Source: Saprolegnia diclina VS20
Lineage: Eukaryota
Assembly: GCF_000281045.1 (NCBI RefSeq)
Contig: NW_008246078.1
Coordinates: 272,191-336,190 of the forward strand
Direction: 5' to 3'
DNA: 64,000 nucleotides
Position 1 is the stretch's first letter. The number at the start of each line of letters is the position of its first letter. Of this stretch, positions 46,797 to 57,444 are shown piece after piece. The notes under the pieces are model-generated. The model saw only the letters and a list, made by a program, of their open reading frames with translations, had not been told where the DNA came from and made no database searches. The position numbers and the translations under genes are program-made.

Positions 46797-47685
46797 CTAC
46801 TTGATCTCGGGGAAGAGCATCTTGCGGATCGTCGGCTTCTCATCGTAGTTGACTGTCATCAAGCGCCTACATGTAGTTTCGTGACGAGGTGGTCGTCGAC
46901 AACGAGGCGCGTACGTGTCGAGCGTGTTGTCGCACACGATCTTGCCGTTCTTGGCGACGAGCGTGACGCCGCCGGCGCTGTGCGCGGGCGGCAAAAGCTT
47001 TTCGTCTTTGCAGACAGTGAGCTTGGTGTGCATGTCGACGCCAGCTTCCTGCTTCATGATGGCCGCATAGTTGGCCGCGATCTCAGGGACCAACGACTCG
47101 ATCATGTGCACGTCCTTGCTGCGGACCGCCAGCATGACCTCGGTTTCGTGGAGCTTGATCAAGCCCTAAGGAAATGCAAAGGCTGGATGAGATAACGGTG
47201 GGTGTGGTGGGCCTGTCGTTGATAGATACCTGGACCGAGAGGTCGCGAAGCAGCGTGCGGTACGCGCCTTCGTGCTGGGCGACCTCGGCGCAGCGCGCCT
47301 TGCCTTCGGTGATGAGCGACTGCAGGAGCTCTTCGCGGGCAATCATCTTCTTGCGGCGCGACGCGCCAATCTCGGCCGAGCGGGCACTACACGCGTGTCA
47401 ATCGCCATCATCGTATGCGTCGTGCACAGTACATGCGCTTGTTGATCTCGCGTTCCTTTTCCTTGCGCGCGTACTCTTCCTGGATCTTGACCTTGGCGTT
47501 GTGCACGAGCATTTGCTTTTCGAGGTTGAAATCATGCTCCGTCTACGAGGTCATTTCGCCGCTGTGGCCATGCGTTCGCCGGCCAGAAGTACCTTGATGC
47601 GGATCTCGTTGGCCTTCTCCTGCGCTTCCTGCAAGATGAAGTTCACCATCTGCTTGATTTGGCGGTCCGCATCGCTCGAGTTCAT
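46797..47685 (-). CDS. ATP6V1E: V-type proton ATPase subunit E, multi-exon
   Basis: RQIKQMVNFILQEAQEKANEIRIK..DFNLEKQ..GGVTLVAKNGKIVCDNTLDT..PTIRKMLF. Confidence 0.96.
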
Positions 47686-48557
47686 CGTCGTCGTCTTCGC
47701 GCGGCAAGCCGGATCCTTGGAAAATGACTAAGACAAGAGGCTGGGAACCCGCCCCATACAAAAACGCTATCGATCGCTTCGCCATAGAAAGCCCAAGTCA
47801 ATAAACCACTTCAAACGCCTTCGTCCGGATACGTATCCGGAAAACCACCACGCTGGCCGCACGCAACGCCACGCCGCCCTAGCGCGCCTCGCGCCCCACG
47901 ACGTTATAGCCTGCATGTATGCAGCGAAAGCGACGGCGTTTTTCCTCGGTCTCGACGGCGATGCAGCGTCGTGGGCGCAAGCATGATGCGCCGGTGGCCG
48001 CGATGCACAACGAGTTGCGTGTTTTTAAACTGGTATATAGGTGGTGGCCACTCCACCACACTGTGAGCAATGCACGATTTTAATTGTCTTCCAATACAGA
48101 TATGCATATATTTATTTCCATGGATTTTAATGTGGTGGAAAAGAGCGGTTTCTTGCCGGGGACCGTACAACATGTCGCACCGCTGGCAAGGACGTGAGAA
48201 CGGCGTGCGACGCCCACTGCACAGAGGTATATGACCATAGCAAAGGCAATGCGATTGTCGTCGGAATTGTGTTTTGTTAGCCGCTGTTGAGTTGGCCCGG
48301 GATGTTGTTACCGTTGATTGCACATTTCCAGCAATAAAATGGTCAGCGTTAGATTTTAAACTTGATGTTTGTATTGATGTATTTTTATTATGCAATATAC
48401 AATGAATAAGAGAACAATGTTTAAAAATGTAGATTCTAGAAATCAATGAGCGTCATACAAAATGCAAGACGATTAATATTGTTCGAAAATTGAGAACCTC
48501 GTCGAATTCGATATCAGCTTTCACGGTCGTCATTTTCACCACAGAAAGCAGCGGATC

Positions 48558-50302
48558 ATGAGCAGCATGGACGACGATATCGACAAGCTCCTCGAGCAAG
48601 GCCTCCAGACCGCCAAGGTACGGCCATGAGCATGCATCTTACGACGTGAGGTTGACGGTGTGTATGTATAGCCTGCCGATTCGTCGCGGTCTTCGCGCTC
48701 CAGCCGCGAGCGCCACTCGTCGCGCCGGGACCGTCGGTCGCGCTCGCGCTCGCGTGAACGTCGGTCGTCGCGCCGGGACCGTGATCGGTCGCGCGACCGC
48801 CACAGCAGCCGTCGCTCTCGCCGGTCGCCATCTCGTTCGCGGTCGCGGGACAGTCGTCGCCGGTCGCGCCGGTCGAACTCGCGCTCCAAATCCAAATCCA
48901 AGGAGAAGACGCCGGTGGAGCCGCCGCGTGCCCGGAGTACGTCGGCCGAGCGCCTCGAGCGCGCCAAGCAGCGCGAGCTCATGGAGCTGACGCGGGACCA
49001 CCGTACGATCTTTGTGGGCCAGCTCACGCAGAAGGTCCGGGAGCGCGACCTGGAAAAGTTCTTTAGCTCGCTCGGCAAGCTCGAGCACGTCCTGCTCATC
49101 CGCGACAAGTTTACCAACAAGTCCAAGGGGTTTGCATATGTCGAGTTCTCCAACCTAGAAGACATCCCGAAGGTGCTCACGATGAACGGCCAAGTCCCGT
49201 CGTTCCAGTCGTTCCCGATCATGATCAAGGCCAGCGAAGCCGAAAAGAACTTTGCCGCCAAGAAGGACGCAGTCTTCTCGTCGGGCCCCACGACCAAGGC
49301 GAGTGCGAGTGGCTACTCGGGCGGTGCGTCGGCCTACACGGGCGGCGGCACGGTACGCGATCGACATGTTCTCCTCTTCGTCGGCTCATGCGCCTGTAGG
49401 GTCTGTCGCTTGCGGCAGCATCTCGCGTCTACTGCGGTAACCTCCACAACAACATCACGGAAGAAGACTTGAAAGCGGTCTTTAGCGCTTTTGGTGACGT
49501 GGTGAATGTCATCATCAACCGCGATGACATGGGGCGTTCCAAGGGCTTTAGCTTTATCCAGTTTTCTTCGCCCGAGGAAGCCAACCTCGCGCTCACCAAG
49601 GCCAACGGCCTGGAGCTCGCGGGCAACTTTATCAAGGTCGGGCCGGTCAAAGAAGGCGAAGGCGTCGGGAGCAGCGGCGGCCACACCCACTCGTACCAAA
49701 GCCACCGTGACGCGCCGCCGTCGGCCTTCAACAACAAGAACTATGGCGGCAGCAACTGGAAGCTCGAGGACGAAGAAGGCACGGGCGGCATGGCGCTCAA
49801 CTCGGTCTCGCGCTCGCAGCTCATGGCCAAGCTTGCCGGCGGCGCCGGGCTCATGCCGCCGCCCGCGTCGGCGAGCGCGATGCCGTCGCACCAGCTGCCG
49901 GTCGCGCCGTCGGTGGTCAACGCCCAGAACCAGCGCGCGGCGGCGTCGGCGGCGGCCGACATTGAAGGCATCGACTCGATGTGCTTTGTCGTACGCAACA
50001 TGTTTGAGCTCCAGAAGGAAAAGCGGGCGGGCAACCCGGATTGGCACACGGAGATCCAGCAAGACGTCGAAGACGAGTGCTCCCGCTACGGCAAGGTGCT
50101 GCACAGCTACGTCGAGAAGGCGAAAGAAGGCGGCCTCGTGTACATTTGCTTTGCGACCGTCTCGGCGTCGCGCGAGGCCGCGCACTGCCTCCACGGCCGC
50201 TGGTTCAACTGCCGCCAGATTAGTGTTAGATTCATGCCGCCCCAAGAGTACGCGGGCATGTTCCCGGAAGCGCGCGCGATGATTGCGGCCCACAAGCACT
50301 AA
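48558..50302 (+). CDS. RBM39: RBM39/CAPER-like splicing factor (RS region, 2 RRMs, C-terminal UHM), 3 exons
   Basis: RS-rich exon; RTIFVGQL..KSKGFAYVEF; SEAEKN; RLYCGNLH..SKGFSFIQF; SRSQLMAKLA linker; NMFE..DVEDECSRYG..LHGRWF. Confidence 0.92.
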
Positions 50303-50358
50303 TGGCTGCTGCCTGTTTGCACACCAAGCGTAAAGAGAAATAAAAACGATGACGAGCA

Positions 50359-50751
50359 TTAGACCTCGACCGCGTCGTTGCCGAGCGTGCTCACAGCGAT
50401 CGCGAGCAAGTCGGCGATCTGGTCTTCGTCGAGCCGGCTCGCGCAGTCTTCGACGATGAGGTGGATGTCGACAAGCTCGGACGGGCAGTGGTTGAGGAAC
50501 TGCAGCTTCTCGGCGTGCGTGAGCTCAAAGCGGCCAATCTTGGTGAGGAAGCCCGAGATCTTCTCCTCGCTCAGGTGCTTGGCGCACGACTGGAGAAGAC
50601 ACTTGAGCACCTTCGAGTCGACCCAGTTGCGCTCAGCGTACAGCGTGGCCTGCGGGCCCTTGCGCTCCATGCGGTTCTTCTTGCGCTCCTCGAGGAGCGT
50701 CATGACCTCGTAGTTGGTCAGCGGCCCTTCCGAGACCGCGAGCACCTTCAT
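50359..50751 (-). CDS. CRCP: RNA polymerase III subunit RPC9/C17 (CRCP)
   Basis: LTNYEV..LTHAEKLQFLNHCPSELVDIHLIVEDCASRL. Confidence 0.92.
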   Translation of the reverse strand: MKVLAVSEGPLTNYEVMTLLEERKKNRMERKGPQATLYAERNWVDSKVLKCLLQSCAKHLSEEKISGFLTKIGRFELTHAEKLQFLNHCPSELVDIHLIVEDCASRLDEDQIADLLAIAVSTLGNDAVEV

Positions 50752-51083
50752 CTTCCTGTTGTCCAGTGGCCAATGGCATCGCTTGAGTGCACTATTTTAT
50801 GCATTTATAACACTATATAAAATTATATTATGCACACTATACTCTGCTTTTACAACACTATTCAAAATGATTGAAATAGTGACAAGGTCACACGGATGTA
50901 CACCGGGTCACCGGGGAATGCTACGTACACCGGGGTCTAAGCCGCGATCTTGGCCGGTACTTCCACGCGACATACAAACATTCAGTGTATGTGTGCCCCG
51001 GCACCGGGAAACCTCGCAAAGTCGATATATGCGAAGTCGAAGCCAGCGTTTGGGGTCATAAAGCAACGACCGAGACGAGGAAG

Positions 51084-51800
51084 ATGACACTGCCCGTAGT
51101 CGAGACGACGGATGGCCCGATGCGCCTGCCGATGGAGGCCGCCACCATGGAGCGACGCCCGCAGTGGGAGCCGTATGACTTCAACGGCGGTACCGTGCTC
51201 GCGGTCGCGGGCAAGGACTTTGTCGTCGTCGCCGGCGACACGCGCCTCAGCACGGGCTACTCGATCCTCTCGCGCGACGAGAGCAAGGTGCACACGGTCG
51301 CCAACAACGTGCTTTTGGCGAGCCCGGGCAGCTTCAACGACGTGGTGCAATTGCGTGGCGTCTTGAGCATCCGCGCGCAGATGTACCAGCACGAAAACGA
51401 TGCTTCGCCGTCGGTCGAGTCGATGGCGCAGCTCCTCTCCAACACGCTCTACTCGCGCCGCTTCTTCCCGTACTACTCGTTCTGCTTGCTGTGCGGCATT
51501 GACAAGAGCGGCAAGGGCGTCGTGTACGAGTACGACGCGGTCGGGTCGTACAAGGGCACGACGCGCGGCGCGCAGGGCAGCGGCGGCCATCTCATGATCC
51601 CGCTCCTCGACAACCTCGTGACGCACGACTCGCGGGCGGACCCGCTCCGCGAATACACGATTGAAGAAACCAAGGATATCATCAAGGACGCATTCATCAC
51701 AGCCGGCGAGCGCGACATTTACACAGGCGACAAGGTCGAGCTCTTTGTCATTACGGCCCAAGGCACGACCCGCGAAGAGTTCCTCTTGAAGCAGGATTAA
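51084..51800 (+). CDS. PSMB1: 20S proteasome subunit beta type-1 (beta6)
   Basis: PYDFNGGTVLAVAG..DTRLS..LYSRRFFPYY..YDAVGSY..ERDIYTGD; the start may be a downstream Met. Confidence 0.96.
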   Translation: MTLPVVETTDGPMRLPMEAATMERRPQWEPYDFNGGTVLAVAGKDFVVVAGDTRLSTGYSILSRDESKVHTVANNVLLASPGSFNDVVQLRGVLSIRAQMYQHENDASPSVESMAQLLSNTLYSRRFFPYYSFCLLCGIDKSGKGVVYEYDAVGSYKGTTRGAQGSGGHLMIPLLDNLVTHDSRADPLREYTIEETKDIIKDAFITAGERDIYTGDKVELFVITAQGTTREEFLLKQD

Positions 51801-52011
51801 GCAGCGAGTCGCGAATAACGTACCAATGCCATGGATGCTATTGCAACAACCTCATGGAGCCTGCGCGTCTGCCTCGCATATGTAGCAGCAGCTCATCGTT
51901 CTGCTCGCGCCCATAACTTCCTGCAACGGCCTCAGATTGCTACAACATGCACCAGCGAGACGCATCAGCTAGCCTCGGGTCCACGCCGTGCAGGACGCAT
52001 GCCATATTATG

Positions 52012-55000
52012 TTATGGATGGTAGACGAGTGGGCCTGGCGCTGTGAGCGCAAGGAGTCCGGGCAAGTCCATCGAGATCGGCCCCAACGCCAAGACCACGT
52101 CTCGAATACGATGGCCCGTCGGCGGTAGCGCGTCGTCCAGGACCTCTGCGCCAGCCGTCTTGGCCATGGTGTCTACATGATGGGCGCAGAGGCAGTGGAG
52201 GTGTCGAAGTACGTGCGTAAGCAAGTCCCGATGGAGAACCATGGGCTCCTTGGACTCGGGTCGATACTGCGCGTCCTGATCCGCAAGGGCCTCGAGGATC
52301 CCACGCACCCGGGTATCGGCGCTACCACGTCGCAGAGTCTCCATGCAAGCGTGGACCTCAGCAGCCTCGTCGTAGCCTGCGACAGCAGCGAGGCCCGGTA
52401 GCAGCAGCCAGTCGAGGACGACGACGGGAGCAGGCGCGATGCTGTGGATAAGAACACGGATCTCGACCGGCACCGAGTGGAGGTTCTGGCGCACGCAGTG
52501 CAAGAAGGCGTCGGTAAATGTCGTCGTCACTTCGCCGTGTGCGTGCGCCACGACCCGGTTAAACCAGTCGCGGCCCATGAATTTACAAAAGAAGCGCGCG
52601 TGGACTGCCACGTCATCGGTCGTATCCGGATCGTTCCGGAGGTGCGCCAGAAAGGCCGGCATCGCTTGTTGCAAGCTGAGCACGACAACGAGCGTCTCGA
52701 CGCAGAGCAACTGCTCGGGCGCGTAGCGACACGCGCGCCAGAGAAGCGTCGGGCCCTCCAAGCTCGGCTCGAGCATGATGCGCAAAAGCTGGTCCAAGAT
52801 GCCGGTAAACTCGTCTTGGGTCGACACCTGGTAGGCTGCTTGGCGCTTCTTGCGCGCAACCTGGCGCGTTCTGCTCTGGCGGCGGCGAATGCACGCTGTG
52901 AGAGCCATAAGACTTAGCGTGCTGAGCACAGCACCGTTGCCAAACGACTCGGTACACAGCGGAAGGAAGCCAAAGAGGTTTGAGCATGGAGTCGTAGCGT
53001 GCGCGGTCGTGCCGCTACGAAAATGCACGACAACGGTGCGTGCGACCAGCGTCTCGAGCGACTCAAGCGCTTGCAGCTGCAGACGCACCGAGGCATTGTG
53101 TGGCGCATGACGCCAGTTGGTCAGCGAGACATTGGCCAGCGCGCGCCGCACTTGGTCCAGTGATCCGCGAAACACAAGTCGCGTCGGGCTCTGGCGCTCT
53201 CCGTGCAGCTCGTAGAAAACACCATCGCTCTTTGGATCGCGGGCCAAGCACAGCGCCGTACTATTGGGCGTGAACGCGCAATAACTCCGCGCGGTCGGCG
53301 ACGCGAGGCCATCGGTATCAGAGCGAAGCGCGCCGCCGGTCGTGGCACTGGTGAGCGTCACGCGGAACAGCGTCGCTGGATCGTCCGCGTTGGACAAAAG
53401 TTGCATTGAAAAATGGGCATCTCCGTGGTAGGGTGCGTCCGATGTGACGACGTACGGCGGGCTCACGAGGACGATGGTTGGCGCCGTTGGTGGCGTCGGT
53501 GCCGGCGCCGGGGCTGCATCGACAAAGACATCGATCCCAGTAGCCACGCTGAATGGCTCCTGCGCCAGCGCATACGCCACAGTAGCAAACGGCTCGCGGC
53601 GTTGCGAGACCATGTACTTGTTCTGCAGTGGCATGTTGGCATTGGCGAGCCCGGGGGGCGGGATGAAGATGGCACACTGGTCCTTGACGACGTCACCGGC
53701 GCTTAGTTTCGTAGGCAGCGCGTCGCACGACTGGAGTGTTCCACGCACGGGTGCGGCCATGAGTCGGAGCACGGCAGCGGGGTCGTTCCACGCGCCTTCG
53801 GTCAATCGCAGCTGCGTGCTCGTGTCCTGCGCAATGTGCAATGTGCGGTTTCTGCCGAGGCCGAAGTGCGGGAATGAAAGCTGGGCGCGTGCGAGCAGCG
53901 TCTCGGCGTCCATCGGGACGGCAGCCATCGCAAAGAACAAGACATCCATGTACACCGAGGCGTTCGGCGGTGGGTACCGCGCATGCGTCGGGTGCCGCGC
54001 CCAGTCGACGACTGTGGTATTGGCGATCGCGGCGAGTGTCGCATTCTTTTGCTTGAGAAGCGCGTTGGTCGGACCCAGCGCGTCGATGGCCGTCGACACG
54101 AGGCGCGTCAGCTGCGGTAGACCGTACTTGGTGCCATTGTTGCCAAGCGCGATACCGTCGCGATCGACGTCGACGACCTTTTTGCCGTTGACCGAAAAGA
54201 AGACGCCGCCCGACGATGGCAAGAGCAGCTCCAGTCGGTCCTGGCCTTTCTGCAGCAGCGAGAGGACTGTGGGCGGAAGCGTCGGTGCGGGTGTGGACCC
54301 GTGGAACTGCCGCGCGGCGCGCGGCGGCGGCCGCGCTTGGGGCTCCCGCGCGTTGTTGCCAATGTACAGCGTGTACGCCCCCGTCACTGACGCCAAGTCC
54401 GCGGCCGATTGGGATCCGCCCATGGAGTTGTATGACGCGCACGTGTGCAGTCCTGTCGCGTCGACGTACGAGATCAAGAAACGTGTGGTCCATGACGCGC
54501 CGCCGTCAGGTACGATCGATGCGAAGAGATGCACGAACGGCGGCGGTGCGTCGCGCGTGCCCACGGGCACTTGGCATGCGCCGTCGGCTTCGGTCATCGA
54601 ATAAAAGCTCTCTTCGTAGCAGACCATCGTGCCGCCCGGCGTCGACTGCAGCGAGTAGAAGATGAGCACGAGGAGTTGTCGATCGCTGACTTCGAGTCTA
54701 ATGCCAGGGTTGGTGCAGTCGTCAAAAGGCGATGCAAGCGCAAAGAGGTTGGCGTTGACGTTGGGCGGCGTCGGCTTGTAGACGCGCGCCACGAGCTCGA
54801 ACGTCATGCCCTTTCCGACCGCCGTAGTGTAGATGGTCGACGCTTTGGCGCGCGACTGCGACACGAGCTGCGCGTCGTGGGGAGATGACGTATTGCGCAA
54901 GAACACGCCGTGGCGCGGCGACAGCGGCGTCGCCGCGATCGGTACCAAGTCGCCAAACGGGCAGTCTTGCAGGAGCGACGTGAACGGCGCGGATGCGTTG

Positions 55001-55110
55001 AAGAGGTAGACGCAAAGGAGGCTGTCGTTGGCGCGCGCCTCCAGGTACGTAGCTAGCGGCGCGTCACCGAGGGCCAGCGGCGCCAGCGCCAAGAGCATCC
55101 GCCAGCGCAT
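52012..55110 (-). CDS. Type I membrane protein (1032 aa): signal peptide, LamG/ConA-like and cadherin/Ig-like ectodomain, TM, cytoplasmic RasGAP-like domain
   Basis: Signal MRWRMLLALAPLALG; TM near 52890-52940 followed by RRRQSR; domain calls by motif resemblance only. Confidence 0.82.
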   Translation of the reverse strand: MRWRMLLALAPLALGDAPLATYLEARANDSLLCVYLFNASAPFTSLLQDCPFGDLVPIAATPLSPRHGVFLRNTSSPHDAQLVSQSRAKASTIYTTAVGKGMTFELVARVYKPTPPNVNANLFALASPFDDCTNPGIRLEVSDRQLLVLIFYSLQSTPGGTMVCYEESFYSMTEADGACQVPVGTRDAPPPFVHLFASIVPDGGASWTTRFLISYVDATGLHTCASYNSMGGSQSAADLASVTGAYTLYIGNNAREPQARPPPRAARQFHGSTPAPTLPPTVLSLLQKGQDRLELLLPSSGGVFFSVNGKKVVDVDRDGIALGNNGTKYGLPQLTRLVSTAIDALGPTNALLKQKNATLAAIANTTVVDWARHPTHARYPPPNASVYMDVLFFAMAAVPMDAETLLARAQLSFPHFGLGRNRTLHIAQDTSTQLRLTEGAWNDPAAVLRLMAAPVRGTLQSCDALPTKLSAGDVVKDQCAIFIPPPGLANANMPLQNKYMVSQRREPFATVAYALAQEPFSVATGIDVFVDAAPAPAPTPPTAPTIVLVSPPYVVTSDAPYHGDAHFSMQLLSNADDPATLFRVTLTSATTGGALRSDTDGLASPTARSYCAFTPNSTALCLARDPKSDGVFYELHGERQSPTRLVFRGSLDQVRRALANVSLTNWRHAPHNASVRLQLQALESLETLVARTVVVHFRSGTTAHATTPCSNLFGFLPLCTESFGNGAVLSTLSLMALTACIRRRQSRTRQVARKKRQAAYQVSTQDEFTGILDQLLRIMLEPSLEGPTLLWRACRYAPEQLLCVETLVVVLSLQQAMPAFLAHLRNDPDTTDDVAVHARFFCKFMGRDWFNRVVAHAHGEVTTTFTDAFLHCVRQNLHSVPVEIRVLIHSIAPAPVVVLDWLLLPGLAAVAGYDEAAEVHACMETLRRGSADTRVRGILEALADQDAQYRPESKEPMVLHRDLLTHVLRHLHCLCAHHVDTMAKTAGAEVLDDALPPTGHRIRDVVLALGPISMDLPGLLALTAPGPLVYHP

Positions 55111-55396
55111 GCTTGGAGGGATGAGCTCTTTTTCCGGTTGAAAAATGCAAAGTGGGAAAACTGAACTGCACTCGAGGTTTGTATACACATACAAACTTAT
55201 ATATATGCAGTTGCGGCGCTGGCATCGCGGCTGCAGTAGGGCGAGGCGAGCGGGAGCCGTGCACCGCAGTAGCGTGAATGACCAATGACCATCAACTAGT
55301 GTTCTGACGCCGCAGCGTCCCGTCTAGGATAACTGTACGCATAAAAAGGCAAATTTCCGAAACGCACCAGACAGGCCGAGTAGTTTCGGGCGCGGG

Positions 55397-56859
55397 ATGA
55401 CCGTGGTCGCGACCGATGCGCCAATGCTTGTGCTCTTCATCGCGGGTTGGTACCTCCCACCGGTGCTGTGGATCTACTACCGCCGCGCCCGCCACATCTG
55501 TCTCAAGTACCGGCTCCCACGCCGCACCGCTGTGCCCATGTTGCTCCTCACGGTCTACGCGCTCCTGATGCCAGCAACGAGCGTCTTTGGGAAGAACTGG
55601 CCGAGTATTGGGAGCTACGTCCTCACATTTATTGTGATTCCCATGGCGCTGTACGACTCAACGATGCGCTTTGAATCGAGCTCATTCTCGGGTTCCTAGG
55701 GTCTTCTTTATCATTACCGAGACCATGATCGTCGTGCTCTTTCAGATCACAGAGCTGCTCATGCTGCCACAGTCCAGCACGCCGCGCAAAGTCCGGCGGC
55801 TCATTCTATATCGATGGCTATTGCATCCGCCCATCCAGATCGTCCTCTCCGCGCTCGTCCTCGTCGGGCTTGTCGTACCGTTCTTGCGCATCGATGCCAA
55901 GACTCTCTTCCTGCCCGACGCCATTGGCACAGTCTCGCCGCAGTACCAGGTGCAAACTTCTTCGCGACAAACATGATGCACACTATGCTGCATTGGGCTA
56001 GGAATTCACTTCGATTCTCATTGTTGAAATCGTCGGCCTCCTCCTTCTCGTGCTGGTCCTTTCGTGGTACATCAGCCACGTTGTCGACAACTTTGGGCTG
56101 CGTCGCTCGTACCAACAGACCTTCCGCGGCATTGTCCTCGTCCTTGTCCTCATCGTGCTCGCGCGCGTCGCCGCCGACGGCGTGCAGGACGATACACTCC
56201 GGAGGCTAAAGCTCCCGAGCTTCTTCTCGGTCATTGGCGCCCATACAATGCTCTACTTTCACGTCTTCTTGCCCGTGCGCGCGATGCGGGCGTCCGGTAC
56301 GCGCATTGGATTCTCTCAGAAGGACTCGACGGACTTCTTAGGCGACGCCACGCTGCGCCGCGTGCAGCGGTCGCCGTCGCGGATCCACCCGCACAACATG
56401 CTCGAGAAAAAATCGATTTTGGAAAAATTCTTGACCGACGACCACCGGTTCCGAACCTTCTTGACGTTCGCGCGGATGGAGTATACGACCGAGCCGCTCC
56501 TGGCGCTGCAAGCAATCGGTGCGTTTGAAGCCGGCGAGGCGTCTCTCAGTGCCGCGTCGCACCTTCTGGCGCAGTGCCTCTCGCCCCGCTGCGAGCTCGA
56601 AACCGAGGTCGGCAAACGTCTAAGTCCAGTGTACCACGACAAGCTCATCGAATTGCGCAACGCCGACGCGCCGCGGACGCCGCCGCAATTTTTCCACGCG
56701 TTTCGCCAAGAGCTCTTGGTGTGGATCCTGCACGAGCTCGTGCCCGAGTTTGTGGAACACCCGCTCGGCGTCGAGTACGTCGCGTTCATGCGGCTCGAAA
56801 AGTCTATGGACCGGCTCAACGTCGTCTTGGCGTGCGTCGAAGACATTGATACGAACTAG
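55397..56859 (+). CDS. 7TM-RGS-like protein; exons 55397-55650, 55700-55949, 56002-56859 (possible extra in-frame intron 56297-56341)
   Basis: About 7 hydrophobic segments, LKYRLP after TM1, DNFGLRR between late TMs, then RGS-like LEKFL...FRTFLTFARMEYTTEPL..FFHAFRQELL..ELVPEFVE. Confidence 0.82.
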
Positions 56860-56888
56860 AGAACGAACTTTTGACTTTATCATATAAT

Positions 56889-57444
56889 TTACGCAGACAC
56901 ATTTGAACGGTTGTTGTCGGCGTGATTGGTATGAATGGTGGTGTATAAGACAGGATGCAGCAAATGCACCGTGTGCGCAAAGTTGCCAACGACGCTGTTG
57001 TTGTTGCTGCTGTAGTCGCGCTCGAGGTTCACAAAGTACGCGTAGAGACTGTCGACGTCCGGTACTACGCCGGCGACGACGTCGTACACGGCCTTCATAT
57101 CGAGCATCACTTGCGTGATCGAGACGTTGGAGGGTGTGATGTTGAGCTTCCTTTCGAGCGCCTTTTTTCGTTGATGCCGTCGGCGCGTTGAGCGTCACCT
57201 TGACCTTGCCATGCTCGAGGAGCGCGAACGGGAAGAGGCGAGAGGCGTCCACCAGCTGTAGCAGCTGCGTCGTGCAGTGCGTCGTGTTGTACATAAACAT
57301 GCTCGCCGTCCAAAATCTCGAGGGTTTGGCCCGTGAGCACGTCGTGGCGCACTTGGTGGTCATGAAGGCGCGCTCCTTGACCTCGAGGTCCACGACGTAG
57401 GAGGCGGCGCGGGTGAATGTGATTGGCGGTGTCTCGTGGTCCAT
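56889..57444 (-). pseudogene. Frameshifted coding-like remnant of unknown origin
   Basis: Two host-codon-biased segments (MDHETPPITFTRAASYVVDLEVK..; KLNITPSNVSITQVMLDMKAVYDVV..) in different frames, joined near an A-run at about 57165 with no obvious intron. Confidence 0.4.

Noticed and set aside
48680..48900. Repetitive TCGCG/CGGTCG-rich tract
   Set aside because: Encodes the RS domain of the RBM39-like protein
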